DNA from: a virus
Lineage: Duplodnaviria; Caudoviricetes
Direction: 5' to 3' (one strand)
DNA: 64,000 bases
Virus record (IMG/VR): IMGVR_UViG_2563366756_000009
Span: 23,904 to 87,903 of that record
Shown piece by piece: positions 17,012 to 25,401 of the stretch. Made by a program: the position numbers and the translations under genes. Below the pieces are notes generated by a model. That model had not been told where the DNA came from. It saw only the letters and a program-made list of their open reading frames with translations, and searched no databases. Numbering within the stretch: the stretch's first letter is position 1; each line of letters begins with the position of its first letter.

Positions 17012-18682
17012 TCATGCTGCTGCAATCTCACGTTGCTCGCGTGCGCTGAAGGCTGCCATTTCCGGCACGTTTGCGCGCACCAGCGCTGCAGCCATCGGTG
17101 GGCTGACGCTGTTGCCACACATGCGAACCTGCGCATGCTTTGCGAGGCGCTTGCCGTTGAACACCGGCGCGATGACGTAGCTCGCGGGAAAGCCCTGCGC
17201 CGCGTATAGCTCATGCGGCTCGAGCATGCGCATGCCGATGTCGGCGATCTGGTACGTCTGGCCGGCGACCGTGACGAGGCCCATGCGATCGGTGCACGGG
17301 ATCGTGTGCATCGGGTCACGGCAGTCCTGATCCTGGCCGCCTTCGCTGTAGTACTTCACCAGGAAGGCGCGAACCTCGCCGGTGTGGTTGCCCTGTGCCG
17401 AGATCGTAGGCGCGGGCTCCGCGGTAGCGCTTCCCGTGCATTCGCCGCGGAGCTTGACCATGTGCGACGACACCAGCGCATGATGGTCGGCCGTCGTGAT
17501 CGTGCTGGCCGGCTCTTTCAGTCCGACGCCGGACCCGTCGTAATTCCCGCCGTAGTGCTTCGCGAGAAAGGCCGCTGCGAGAGCGAAGTGCCCACCCTTG
17601 ACCTCGGCGCATTGGGTGCGCAGCGGCTCGTCTGCCGACCAAGAGCGTTGCGTCGAAGCATTCGCGCACTCAGTCAGCACCGGCGCGACAAGGCCAAACC
17701 CGTGTTTGCCGGTCAGCGTCTGAATTGGTTCGCCGAGCGGCTGACCCCGGAAGTATTCGTACCCGTGGTTCACCTTCACGATGAACGGATCGGCCGAGTT
17801 GATGACGTACCGGCGCATGCCCCGCGCGATTCGGCGCTGCGTTGTCTCAGCCAATTCCTTCTTGCGCTCGAAGATGGACGGGCAGGGGATCGACCAGTCG
17901 ATGCACTCGGCGGCTGTGCGCCACGGTTTGCGTTGGCCTGCGATCACGGCGGCACTGCCCGGCGCGCCGTGAGTCGGCTCGGGCCACACGATCGGCTTTC
18001 CGTCGCAACGTGCGATCAGGAACAGGCGTTTGCGGATCGTTGGCGCGCCATAGTCGCAGGCGCGTAGTTCGCGCCATTCCACAGTGTATCCGAGGCCATT
18101 CAACAGGCGGTCGGCGTGATCCTTCCCGGGCTCGATGTTCAGGAACTCGCACGCTTCCGAAAACGCCGGGTGGAGTGCGGAAATTCCGTCGGAAAGCATC
18201 GCGACGAACCCCTTGAACGTTTCACCCTTTCGGGCCGGGTCCGGTCGGTACTCCCCGGAGTCAATCTCGATCAGCGGTCCCCAGGTCACGAATTCCTCGA
18301 CGTTTTCGACCGGAACGACTCGCGGGCGTACCAACAGCATCCAACGCAGGATGATCCACGCAAGCCCACGAATTTCCTTCTTTACCGGCGCGCCACCCTT
18401 GGCCTTGCTGAAGTGCTTGCAGTCCGGTGAGAACCAAGCGAGGCCCACAGGACGACCCTGTGTCAGCGCGAGCGGGTCTACGTCCCACACCGATTCGCAG
18501 TGGTGCTCGGTCTGCGGGTGGTTCATCGCGTGCATTGCGACGGCCTCGGGATCGTGGTTGATTGCGTGATCGACGTGGCGCCCGAGAGCCAGCTCGATAC
18601 CGCAGCTCGCGCCGCCGCCGCCGGCGAAGTTATCGATGATCAACTCGTCGGAAATGTCGAGAAGGAACTGATCTCTGATCAT
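17012..18682 (-). CDS. C5-cytosine DNA methyltransferase (orphan)
   Basis: Motif I DNFAGGGG, catalytic SPDC, motif VI ENV, DYGAPT.RKR, C-terminal GNSV; start MIRDQFLL. Confidence 0.92.
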   Translation of the reverse strand: MIRDQFLLDISDELIIDNFAGGGGASCGIELALGRHVDHAINHDPEAVAMHAMNHPQTEHHCESVWDVDPLALTQGRPVGLAWFSPDCKHFSKAKGGAPVKKEIRGLAWIILRWMLLVRPRVVPVENVEEFVTWGPLIEIDSGEYRPDPARKGETFKGFVAMLSDGISALHPAFSEACEFLNIEPGKDHADRLLNGLGYTVEWRELRACDYGAPTIRKRLFLIARCDGKPIVWPEPTHGAPGSAAVIAGQRKPWRTAAECIDWSIPCPSIFERKKELAETTQRRIARGMRRYVINSADPFIVKVNHGYEYFRGQPLGEPIQTLTGKHGFGLVAPVLTECANASTQRSWSADEPLRTQCAEVKGGHFALAAAFLAKHYGGNYDGSGVGLKEPASTITTADHHALVSSHMVKLRGECTGSATAEPAPTISAQGNHTGEVRAFLVKYYSEGGQDQDCRDPMHTIPCTDRMGLVTVAGQTYQIADIGMRMLEPHELYAAQGFPASYVIAPVFNGKRLAKHAQVRMCGNSVSPPMAAALVRANVPEMAAFSAREQREIAAA

Positions 18683-18715
18683 GCTAGGATTCCTGAAAAA
18701 AAACGGGGGTAACGC

Positions 18716-19291
18716 ATGTGGCGATACGCAGCCAGCTTGATTGGCGGAATGGTGGGTGGATACTTTGTGGCGAAGTTCTGGCAGTACCCGCCGAGCAGTA
18801 GTCAGGATGCTGCCGCGTGGGTGCAGGCTGTGGGATCGATCATGGCCATTGCCGGAGCCGTCTGGATCTTTCGGGCTCAACGGCGCGGCGACAGACGTGA
18901 CAAATGGGATGGGATGCTCGCGATCGTCACCGTGGTCAAAGCCGACATCCAAAGCATCTATGCGTTCTGCGATACGACGAATGCTTCGCGATTTGATCCC
19001 GACCTCTATTTCGACGAAATATATCGCCCAGAGAATTTTGCACACGTTGACGATTTGCTCTCAGCCATACCTGTTCACGAAATTCCGTATGCGTGGGCCG
19101 CTTGGAATTTGATCGCCCTTCGGAGAGAACTTCGCCGCCTGGCTGATCTTCTCGCCGGGATGAACCAATCGCACTTGCGTCTTGGGAAGGAGGGTGTGAT
19201 CGACGAGTGTGTGATAGCGATGGAGCACGCGCGAGCGATCAAGAACCTTGCCGACGGGGTTAGAGATAGGCAATCGGTACACCATATGTAG
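18716..19291 (+). CDS. Accessory 2-TM protein with helical C-terminal domain
   Basis: 191 aa; two N-terminal hydrophobic segments (AAAWVQAVGSIMAIAGAVWI); cassette-flanked. Confidence 0.8.
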   Translation: MWRYAASLIGGMVGGYFVAKFWQYPPSSSQDAAAWVQAVGSIMAIAGAVWIFRAQRRGDRRDKWDGMLAIVTVVKADIQSIYAFCDTTNASRFDPDLYFDEIYRPENFAHVDDLLSAIPVHEIPYAWAAWNLIALRRELRRLADLLAGMNQSHLRLGKEGVIDECVIAMEHARAIKNLADGVRDRQSVHHM

Positions 19292-19356
19292 CGTCACGCC
19301 CCCTTAGCGCCGTCGACGCGTCATACTAGACGTCCTCGAAAGTTAAGGAGATCGGT

Positions 19357-19587
19357 ATGTATGCAGTTGACTATGAAGGGTATGCAATCAGTGTTTTGAT
19401 TGAGCGAGCGAAGCAATCCGAGCACCCCAACGGATTTGCCGTTTCCATCGTCATTAAGGCGGACGGCGAAGTTGTAGACCGGCAGCGGCGCACTGTGGAA
19501 TTCGAGACCCCGAAGGAGTCTGCTGTGGCGCTTGATTGGGGACTAAAGCTGGCCCGCCGTCGTATCGATACGGGGAGCTGGGACTAG
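19357..19587 (+). CDS. Small accessory protein (76 aa)
   Basis: TAAGGAG RBS; cassette-flanked. Confidence 0.75.
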   Translation: MYAVDYEGYAISVLIERAKQSEHPNGFAVSIVIKADGEVVDRQRRTVEFETPKESAVALDWGLKLARRRIDTGSWD

Positions 19588-19650
19588 CACCACGGCCCTC
19601 ACGCTGTCGGCGCGTGGTGCTAGGATTCCTCGAAACGAAAGGAGGCTGAG

Positions 19651-19890
19651 ATGGCCAAACCAGTCCTGTCGCCCGAACAATTCATCAACGAGGTTAATCG
19701 CCGACTTCCCAACATGTTCGGCTACAAGCCCGGCATGAAAGCGTTTCTGGTTCCTGACGGAGCCGATGGCGCGCATGCGACTGGCTACGACTGTGAGCCA
19801 GATGATCTGGCCACGATTGGCGCCGTGAAGGCAGCGTCCGACGCGGTGCTGCGGGAATTTGACGTGAATCCGTACATTTCTCGCGTCTAG
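19651..19890 (+). CDS. Small accessory protein (79 aa)
   Basis: AAAGGAGG RBS; cassette-flanked. Confidence 0.75.
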   Translation: MAKPVLSPEQFINEVNRRLPNMFGYKPGMKAFLVPDGADGAHATGYDCEPDDLATIGAVKAASDAVLREFDVNPYISRV

Positions 19891-19892
19891 CA

Positions 19893-20642
19893 TCACGCCC
19901 CCTTAGCGCCGTCGACGCGCTTGAACTCGACCACCCACACCCACGGGTTGGCGTCCCAAGAGCCGGGGCCGCTGATCGAATTCCACAATTGGCGAAAGTG
20001 GGCACGCGGCAGGCTTTCGAGTAGATCGCCGGACGACAAGACGCCCTCGGCACCACCGGTCAATCCGATTCCTTCAGCGATGCAATCCTGGTCGCTGATA
20101 CTGTTCAGGCGCTCAATACGCACGCCGGTCACGTCGAGCAGCGTCCGAGCAGCTTTGCGCGGCATATGGATCGAAGGACGCCACTGTCGATATTTCCCTT
20201 CCGGCGACTTCTCGCCATCAGGCCCATGCGGGTCATCTAGGTAATCGGCGCGATAGAAGACGAGGCAGCCGTCATCGTACGGCCCGAGGGGGTGGTTGCT
20301 GTGCTGCCACGTCTCGCGCACCCACAAGCGGTCACCCGCAACTCCGTATGGCGAGTGCTTCTCTGCGAACGTCGTCTGTCCCATGCAGTGGTACGTCCCG
20401 CGCGATGTGCACTCAGCAATTACGCTGAGTCGGTCGGTGCCAGTTGGCAACATGTCGGGGCAGACGAACAGATCTCCGATCTCGATATCGCTGAAGGTCG
20501 GTGGGTTCGTCCGGCTGACATACGGTTGCTTCTTCATCACGCGCCGCGTCTGCGTCTTCGAGCCGTCGAGGATGGCGCGCACCATCGGCGCGCTGAAAAG
20601 GATAGGGCGCTCGCGCACCGGCATTGGAGTGCTTTGGCTCAT
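19893..20642 (-). CDS. Conserved phage early protein (ASCH/PUA-like)
   Basis: RERPILFSAPMVRAILDGSKTQTRR, GDRLWVRETW, WRPSIHMPR, NPWVWVVEF. Confidence 0.8.
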   Translation of the reverse strand: MSQSTPMPVRERPILFSAPMVRAILDGSKTQTRRVMKKQPYVSRTNPPTFSDIEIGDLFVCPDMLPTGTDRLSVIAECTSRGTYHCMGQTTFAEKHSPYGVAGDRLWVRETWQHSNHPLGPYDDGCLVFYRADYLDDPHGPDGEKSPEGKYRQWRPSIHMPRKAARTLLDVTGVRIERLNSISDQDCIAEGIGLTGGAEGVLSSGDLLESLPRAHFRQLWNSISGPGSWDANPWVWVVEFKRVDGAKGA

Positions 20643-20674
20643 GCTAGGATTCCTCAAAAGATCCGGGGCGCTAA

Positions 20675-21304
20675 ATGAACAAGGTTGATAGATCGGTCAT
20701 CGACGATGGACGTGCGGTGTTGCTTGTCGCGTTCGGCATGCTGCTCGGAGTCGTTTTCGCTTACATCTGGCCGTGGAAGACATTGATCGTTGGTCAAACA
20801 AAAGACTGGGTCGATATCGCAACTGCGATCGGGACTGTTGGCGCGGTGGTGGCAGCAGTCGGAATCGCGTTGCGAGACGCGCGCTGGCGTCGTGAGACCA
20901 AGGAGTCGGAAGCCGTAATGGCCTGGGGTTTGGTCAGCGACGAGTTGCGCGCCAAAGGTGACGAGTTGAAGGAGATGTTGTCCGTCTTTTTCGCCGAGCC
21001 CGACCGCCTGCGACGGTCTGCCGAAAGCCTCTACGCCGCAAAGCGCGTCTCAGCCAATTTGGCGCTGACGATCCCACACGACATGCTAATCAAGCTCGCG
21101 AGCCTTCCTGGCGGAAGGGGCGGTCGCATCGCGCACGCTGTAGGCCTTTTCCCATCGATTCGACGTCTGCTTGAGCAGTACATCAGCGCAGGGGACTCGC
21201 ATGAGGTTTACTCGACAAGGAGTCTGGCGATACCGAAAATTGAGCAGGCTCTGGAAGATATCGAGATCGCTTTTCGAGACAAGGACGATAGGAGAATGAA
21301 GTAG
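20675..21304 (+). CDS. Accessory 2-TM protein with cytoplasmic helical domain
   Basis: 209 aa; two hydrophobic segments (DWVDIATAIGTVGAVVAAVGIAL); cassette-flanked. Confidence 0.8.
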   Translation: MNKVDRSVIDDGRAVLLVAFGMLLGVVFAYIWPWKTLIVGQTKDWVDIATAIGTVGAVVAAVGIALRDARWRRETKESEAVMAWGLVSDELRAKGDELKEMLSVFFAEPDRLRRSAESLYAAKRVSANLALTIPHDMLIKLASLPGGRGGRIAHAVGLFPSIRRLLEQYISAGDSHEVYSTRSLAIPKIEQALEDIEIAFRDKDDRRMK

Positions 21305-21306
21305 CA

Positions 21307-21717
21307 TCACTCCCCCTTAGCGCCGTCGACACGCTCGAAATAGAACACCACGGGCGCGCCGGTTTCCTGAACCAGTCCGTACGCTCTCGCCAGCCGGTAA
21401 ATCGGGTGGTAGCTGTTCAACGACGTCACATGCCCAGCGAGCCAAGTGCGCCAGTATTCGAGGCCCATCGATCCCTTGCTGATGTTGCAGGGCGGGCACG
21501 CAGGCATCATGTTTTCGATCACGTCGCGCTCTGGCCGTAGTGGCGTAGTCGTCGCTAGGCGCACGCCGCCGTTAGGGGCGTCCACACGCTTCAGATCGCG
21601 AATGCACGGCTCGAAGTGATCGGCATGCCAGTGCGCGGGCAATTCGCAGCCGCAATAGGCGCAACGGCCGTCGTATTTCTGGCGCACCTGCTCGCGTTGA
21701 GCTTTCGTCAGTTTCAC
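21307..21717 (-). CDS. HNH endonuclease-family protein
   Basis: YDGRCAYCGC..WHADH..MPACPPCNISKG. Confidence 0.85.
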   Translation of the reverse strand: MKLTKAQREQVRQKYDGRCAYCGCELPAHWHADHFEPCIRDLKRVDAPNGGVRLATTTPLRPERDVIENMMPACPPCNISKGSMGLEYWRTWLAGHVTSLNSYHPIYRLARAYGLVQETGAPVVFYFERVDGAKGE

Positions 21718-22043
21718 GATTTCCGCTCCTCCGCTGCCTGAGAGGCGGCGCGCACTATGGCTCTACGAGTTGCAGCGTATTCGTCGCGGTTGAACTGTTC
21801 GCGCACAAGCGGTTCATCCTCGCGCGCTGGGCATACCCATACTTCGGTATCCTGGCGCCGAATCTGGATTTCGAGTCCCAGCTTCACCGCCAGCCGTAGC
21901 GCGTCGCCGTCGTCGGTGAGAGGACGCCACGGCACCGGTATGTTCAGATTGCCGTTATACGCGTAGCAAAAGTCTTGGCCCCACCAGGAACCCTCAATCC
22001 CCGCCGCCTTAGCGGCCAGTTCCAGCAATTCGCGATCAGTCAC
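21714..22043 (-). CDS. Phage early hypothetical protein
   Basis: GTG start, TDRELLELAAKAAGI..WRPLTDDGDALRLAVKL..ATRRAIVRAA. Confidence 0.7.
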   Translation of the reverse strand: MTDRELLELAAKAAGIEGSWWGQDFCYAYNGNLNIPVPWRPLTDDGDALRLAVKLGLEIQIRRQDTEVWVCPAREDEPLVREQFNRDEYAATRRAIVRAASQAAEERKS

Positions 22044-22653
22044 GGGCTTCCCCCTTCGCCTTGGCGGCAATGGCGTCGACAACTGCGTCCAATTCTGCGC
22101 CGGCATCTGGCGCTACATAGGTAGGCCGGAGATTGATGATGTGAAATGCATCTCCGACGATGCACACTTTGTGGCGGACGATCCTATACCTTTCCGCATC
22201 CCGCTTGTCCTCCCCGCCATCCGCCGACAGCGCGGCGCAGGCGTAGTCCAGCGCAGCAAGCCAGACATGACGAGCTTTCTGAGATTCCCAATGCCCGTAC
22301 TCGTTGAGACTGCCTTTCTCGGCCTTGTCAAAGCGCTGGCAATCCTTGATGAACGTTTGACCGCGTGCGAATCGCTCAAACGCCTCCCGCTCATCCCCGC
22401 CCACCTGCGCGGTGGGCGAGATCGGCGTTAGGAACGTGCCGGTCGACTCAAGGTCGTATGAGCCCGCCGGACATTTGCCTACGGCCTGGCGCACAACGTC
22501 CCAGTCCACTTCCTTCGCGGGAGACGTGAGGGCGGCACTCCACGGAGACTCAAGCAACCGGCGAATGACTTCTGTTACGATTTCCGGATGGTGAGTCGGC
22601 ATGCGCCTCAGTTCTTGCGCGAGGCCGTAATTGGTATAGTCCGTTGGTTTCAT
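22036..22653 (-). CDS. Modular phage early protein (Ead/Ea22-like C-terminal RDAERY module)
   Basis: ATGA coupling with upstream ORF; EREAFE and KRDAERY modules. Confidence 0.55.
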   Translation of the reverse strand: MKPTDYTNYGLAQELRRMPTHHPEIVTEVIRRLLESPWSAALTSPAKEVDWDVVRQAVGKCPAGSYDLESTGTFLTPISPTAQVGGDEREAFERFARGQTFIKDCQRFDKAEKGSLNEYGHWESQKARHVWLAALDYACAALSADGGEDKRDAERYRIVRHKVCIVGDAFHIINLRPTYVAPDAGAELDAVVDAIAAKAKGEARD

Positions 22654-22835
22654 TTGCATTCGCCTTTTACGATTTTCCACGACGCTTCGCCCCATGCCAT
22701 GCGGCAGTATTGGCACATCCGACATAGTCCGAACTGCGTTGGCTTCCATTGCGAAACGCCTTTCTTCCCGCATTCCGGACACCGCAGGCGTTTGGGTTTG
22801 GGCACGCCGTAGCCCTGTCCAGCGCGGATTCCCAT
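22650..22835 (-). CDS. Small Zn-ribbon protein
   Basis: CPEC..CQYC, coupled at both ends. Confidence 0.65.
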   Translation of the reverse strand: MGIRAGQGYGVPKPKRLRCPECGKKGVSQWKPTQFGLCRMCQYCRMAWGEASWKIVKGECK

Positions 22836-23236
22836 TACTCATCCCCGCCCACCTGCTGCGCATCTGCGGCGCGTTTGTGTTCATCAGCATCCAAAGCCTG
22901 TTCAACGTCGGCAGTGTGTGGCGTCAATAGCTCGCCGCCATTCACGGGCGCGACGTAGACGATGCGAGTGCGGTAGCCTTCGGCCGCCAAGAAGCCGAAA
23001 TCGTGTCTAGTGACATCCCGCCATGAGGCACCTAATCCCACTTGATAGATCGCCTCTTGCCCTGCGCTCTGTGCGGCTGGCGTGGGGGCGGCAGGCTCAA
23101 ATAGCGGAACGATGATTTCTGCAATACGCGCCCGCAGTTGTTGGGCATCGCGGAACTCGATGGCAGTGTCGCGCAAGAGATTCACGAGCATGGCAACTTC
23201 GTGCGCATCAAACGTCACGGTCTTGAGGTCAGGCAT
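22835..23236 (-). CDS. Phage early hypothetical protein
   Basis: MPDLKTVTF start, coupled operon position. Confidence 0.55.
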   Translation of the reverse strand: MPDLKTVTFDAHEVAMLVNLLRDTAIEFRDAQQLRARIAEIIVPLFEPAAPTPAAQSAGQEAIYQVGLGASWRDVTRHDFGFLAAEGYRTRIVYVAPVNGGELLTPHTADVEQALDADEHKRAADAQQVGGDE

Positions 23237-23897
23237 TTGCGATCTCCGAGGTTTCGGTAGCCGCTTTCTTCGCGGCGTCGTACTCGCGAATCGCCCATGC
23301 GATTGCGTACAGGTTCCAGACGAAATGGAAGGTGTATTCCTTGCAGTTCCATTCCCAGCAGTCGGTGAAGAGGTCCGGGAAGTCACGAGCGTGGAAATCG
23401 CGCATACGCCTGAACGCGTCACCCTCGTCCCGGTGGTCGAGCACGGGCGACAGGATATCTTCCTGAATCTCTGCCATCAGTTCAGCGCGGCGCTCATCGG
23501 AAATTTCGGCGTCTTCCAGATGGCTCTCGATGCGCTCTTTCAAGCGCTTCTCGAACTGTTCGACCGAAAACTCTTCCGCACGCCCACGCCCATATCCATC
23601 GCTGGCTACCGCCTGAAGCTTCTCGCACCAGTAACCCTTATTGATGTACAGCTTGGCCGGGTCGCCCCGATCGTCAGTGCGGAAGAACTCGAACATGTCG
23701 GTCAGCCGCGAGAAGACGTAAGTGCCCATATCACCACGGATGCACAGTGCGCCGGGCCACGTCAGGATCTCGAACCAGTACGATGAGCCGCCCTCTGCAC
23801 GCCGAAGCGCGATATGGCGATTGACACCGTCGTCACGAATCACCGTCATTTGGTGCGTGGCAACGTCTTGCAGGAATCTCTCTTGGGTGCAGGTCAT
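23229..23897 (-). CDS. Conserved phage early protein
   Basis: YWFEILTWPGALCIRGDMGTYVFSRLTDMFEFFR..YWCEKL. Confidence 0.75.
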   Translation of the reverse strand: MTCTQERFLQDVATHQMTVIRDDGVNRHIALRRAEGGSSYWFEILTWPGALCIRGDMGTYVFSRLTDMFEFFRTDDRGDPAKLYINKGYWCEKLQAVASDGYGRGRAEEFSVEQFEKRLKERIESHLEDAEISDERRAELMAEIQEDILSPVLDHRDEGDAFRRMRDFHARDFPDLFTDCWEWNCKEYTFHFVWNLYAIAWAIREYDAAKKAATETSEIANA

Positions 23898-24220
23898 GCT
23901 TCCACCTCTCTTGCGGCTGCTGCGTGGCCCATGCAGCCATGCTCTTTGTGATCGAAGTTGTCGCACTTGCCGAACGGGATGAAGTTGTGGCCGCGCGACA
24001 GTTCATCAAGCAGTTCGGCCTTCGCCTCGTCGGGCGTCATCGTGCGACCGTCGTCGTGCTTGAACATCCCGCGAAAGTCACGGGGCTTCCAGTTCATAAG
24101 TGCGCCGCGCACATCGAGGCACAAATGAAAACTCTTGCGCTGATGCGTTAGCGTCTGCACCACAGAAGGCGGCGCAGGATCGGTATTCAGCCCTTCGGGG
24201 CGTGGGTCGTAGGGGCTCAT
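23894..24220 (-). CDS. Conserved phage early protein
   Basis: LCLDVRGAL..DEAKAELLDEL..CDNFD..GCMGH; start at cassette motif. Confidence 0.7.
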   Translation of the reverse strand: MSPYDPRPEGLNTDPAPPSVVQTLTHQRKSFHLCLDVRGALMNWKPRDFRGMFKHDDGRTMTPDEAKAELLDELSRGHNFIPFGKCDNFDHKEHGCMGHAAAAREVEA

Positions 24221-24257
24221 GCTAGGATTGCCCTCCTAAACAAAAAGGAGAAATCGC

Positions 24258-24644
24258 TTGGATAAGTGGTCAAGAAGAATCGGGGGATTGACCGTTGCAC
24301 TGACATGCCTTTCGGGACATGCGGCAGATTGGGCAGGCTGGGTTCGTGTGCCGTTTCCGCCATCGAAGGACGGGCCAGAAGCGTCCATCTGGTGTCAGAG
24401 GCCTAAGCCGTATTACCCTGCCGAATGGGCTGATGCGGGAGAGGTAGGGGTGGTAAAAATTCGCGTGGTCGTTGCCCCGTCCGAGCGCGTGGTCTCAGCA
24501 TCGGTTGTGCAATCGTCTGGATTCGTGCGTTTGGACGACGCTGCTCTTGCTGCAGCGAAAGCTGTCCGATGCCGGGCCGTTACTGGCGATATTCCGTCCC
24601 CTGGATTTTCCGCCATCATGCCTATTTCGTTCGAGGCACATTAG
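24258..24644 (+). CDS. Exported TonB C-terminal domain protein
   Basis: TTG start 7 nt after AAGGAG; signal peptide ending GHA; YPAEWADAGEVGVVKIRVVV..VVQSSGFVRLDDAALAAAK matches TonB_C pattern. Confidence 0.75.
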   Translation: MDKWSRRIGGLTVALTCLSGHAADWAGWVRVPFPPSKDGPEASIWCQRPKPYYPAEWADAGEVGVVKIRVVVAPSERVVSASVVQSSGFVRLDDAALAAAKAVRCRAVTGDIPSPGFSAIMPISFEAH

Positions 24645-24792
24645 AGGGCTCAAACGAGCACCCCCCAGCGTCTGCCGTCCACGCCGGCGGTATACGTCGT
24701 TCTTCGCTGCGAAGAGTTCTAGCGCTTTCACCACTGACGCGCTAAGGGTGACGGTAACTTTGCTCATGCTAGGATTCCTGAAAATTTCGGGG

Positions 24793-25401
24793 ATGGCGAT
24801 GGACAAGGAACAAAATGGAGATCAGGTGAGCATCAGCCTGAATCGGACCATCAACACATATGCGGAGCTATGGCATGGAGCAAAATCGTTGGCGGCGAAA
24901 GGTCGTGCCGACGTCGATGGCTCGTTTTGGACGCTCATGGGGGCTCAGATTCTCTTTGCGTTCAGCATCGAGGCGTACTGCAACTACGCTCTTCCGTATG
25001 TGTTTTCTAACCTAACGGAGAACCGCCGGCGGGATGTTGCCCAGCGCCCTCCTGTGTGCAGGATTGCACTGATCTGCGCGTCGCTGGACGTATCGTTCAA
25101 TGAAGGTGGCGACGAGTTGAACGCGCTCCAAGAACTATTCAGATTGAGAAACTCATTGGCGCATGGACGACAGCTGGATCTCGCCGAAAGCAAGATGTAC
25201 GCGGCGGAGGACGTCAACGATCCAGCGAATTTTTGGCTTTCCGCACCTTGGGAGGCGATGTGTACAGTGGACGCTGTAGACAGGACTCAGGATGTCGCTT
25301 ATCGGATCATCACGGGAATTCACGGAAGATTGCCAACACATCTCGGGCGTCCGTTTAAATTCGGCGTCGGTTCTGGATTGGCTCAACTGGTGCGGTCGTA
25401 G
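24793..25401 (+). CDS. HEPN-motif (RxxxxH) accessory protein
   Basis: 202 aa helical; AFSIEAYCN and ELFRLRNSLAHG. Confidence 0.7.
   Translation: MAMDKEQNGDQVSISLNRTINTYAELWHGAKSLAAKGRADVDGSFWTLMGAQILFAFSIEAYCNYALPYVFSNLTENRRRDVAQRPPVCRIALICASLDVSFNEGGDELNALQELFRLRNSLAHGRQLDLAESKMYAAEDVNDPANFWLSAPWEAMCTVDAVDRTQDVAYRIITGIHGRLPTHLGRPFKFGVGSGLAQLVRS

Larger units (their letters stand above)
19289..21333 (+). repeat. Cassette 3' motif TAGCATCACGCCCCCTTAGCGCCGTCGACGCG, four copies: 19289, 19585 (diverged), 19888, 21302
   Basis: 19289 vs 19888 is 31/32 identical, 21302 is 30/32; begins at the TAG of each plus-strand ORF. Confidence 0.9.
18680..24779 (+). repeat. Cassette 5' motif CATGCTAGGATTCCT, six copies: 18680, 19322 (variant), 19616, 20640, 24218 (partial), 24765
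   Basis: Direct reading; plus strand contains TGn-TAGGAT, minus strand reads AGGAATCCTAGC-ATG. Confidence 0.9.

Noticed and set aside
19289-21333. CRISPR array or canonical integron
   Set aside because: Repeats are separated by whole genes of variable length, there are no cas genes, no RYYYAAC/GTTRRRY attC ends, and no evidence the integrase is IntI-type.
24472-24792. 309-aa version of the HEPN protein
   Set aside because: The extension overlaps the TonB_C gene and crosses the cassette motif; the start at 24793 or 24799 fits the motif spacing.
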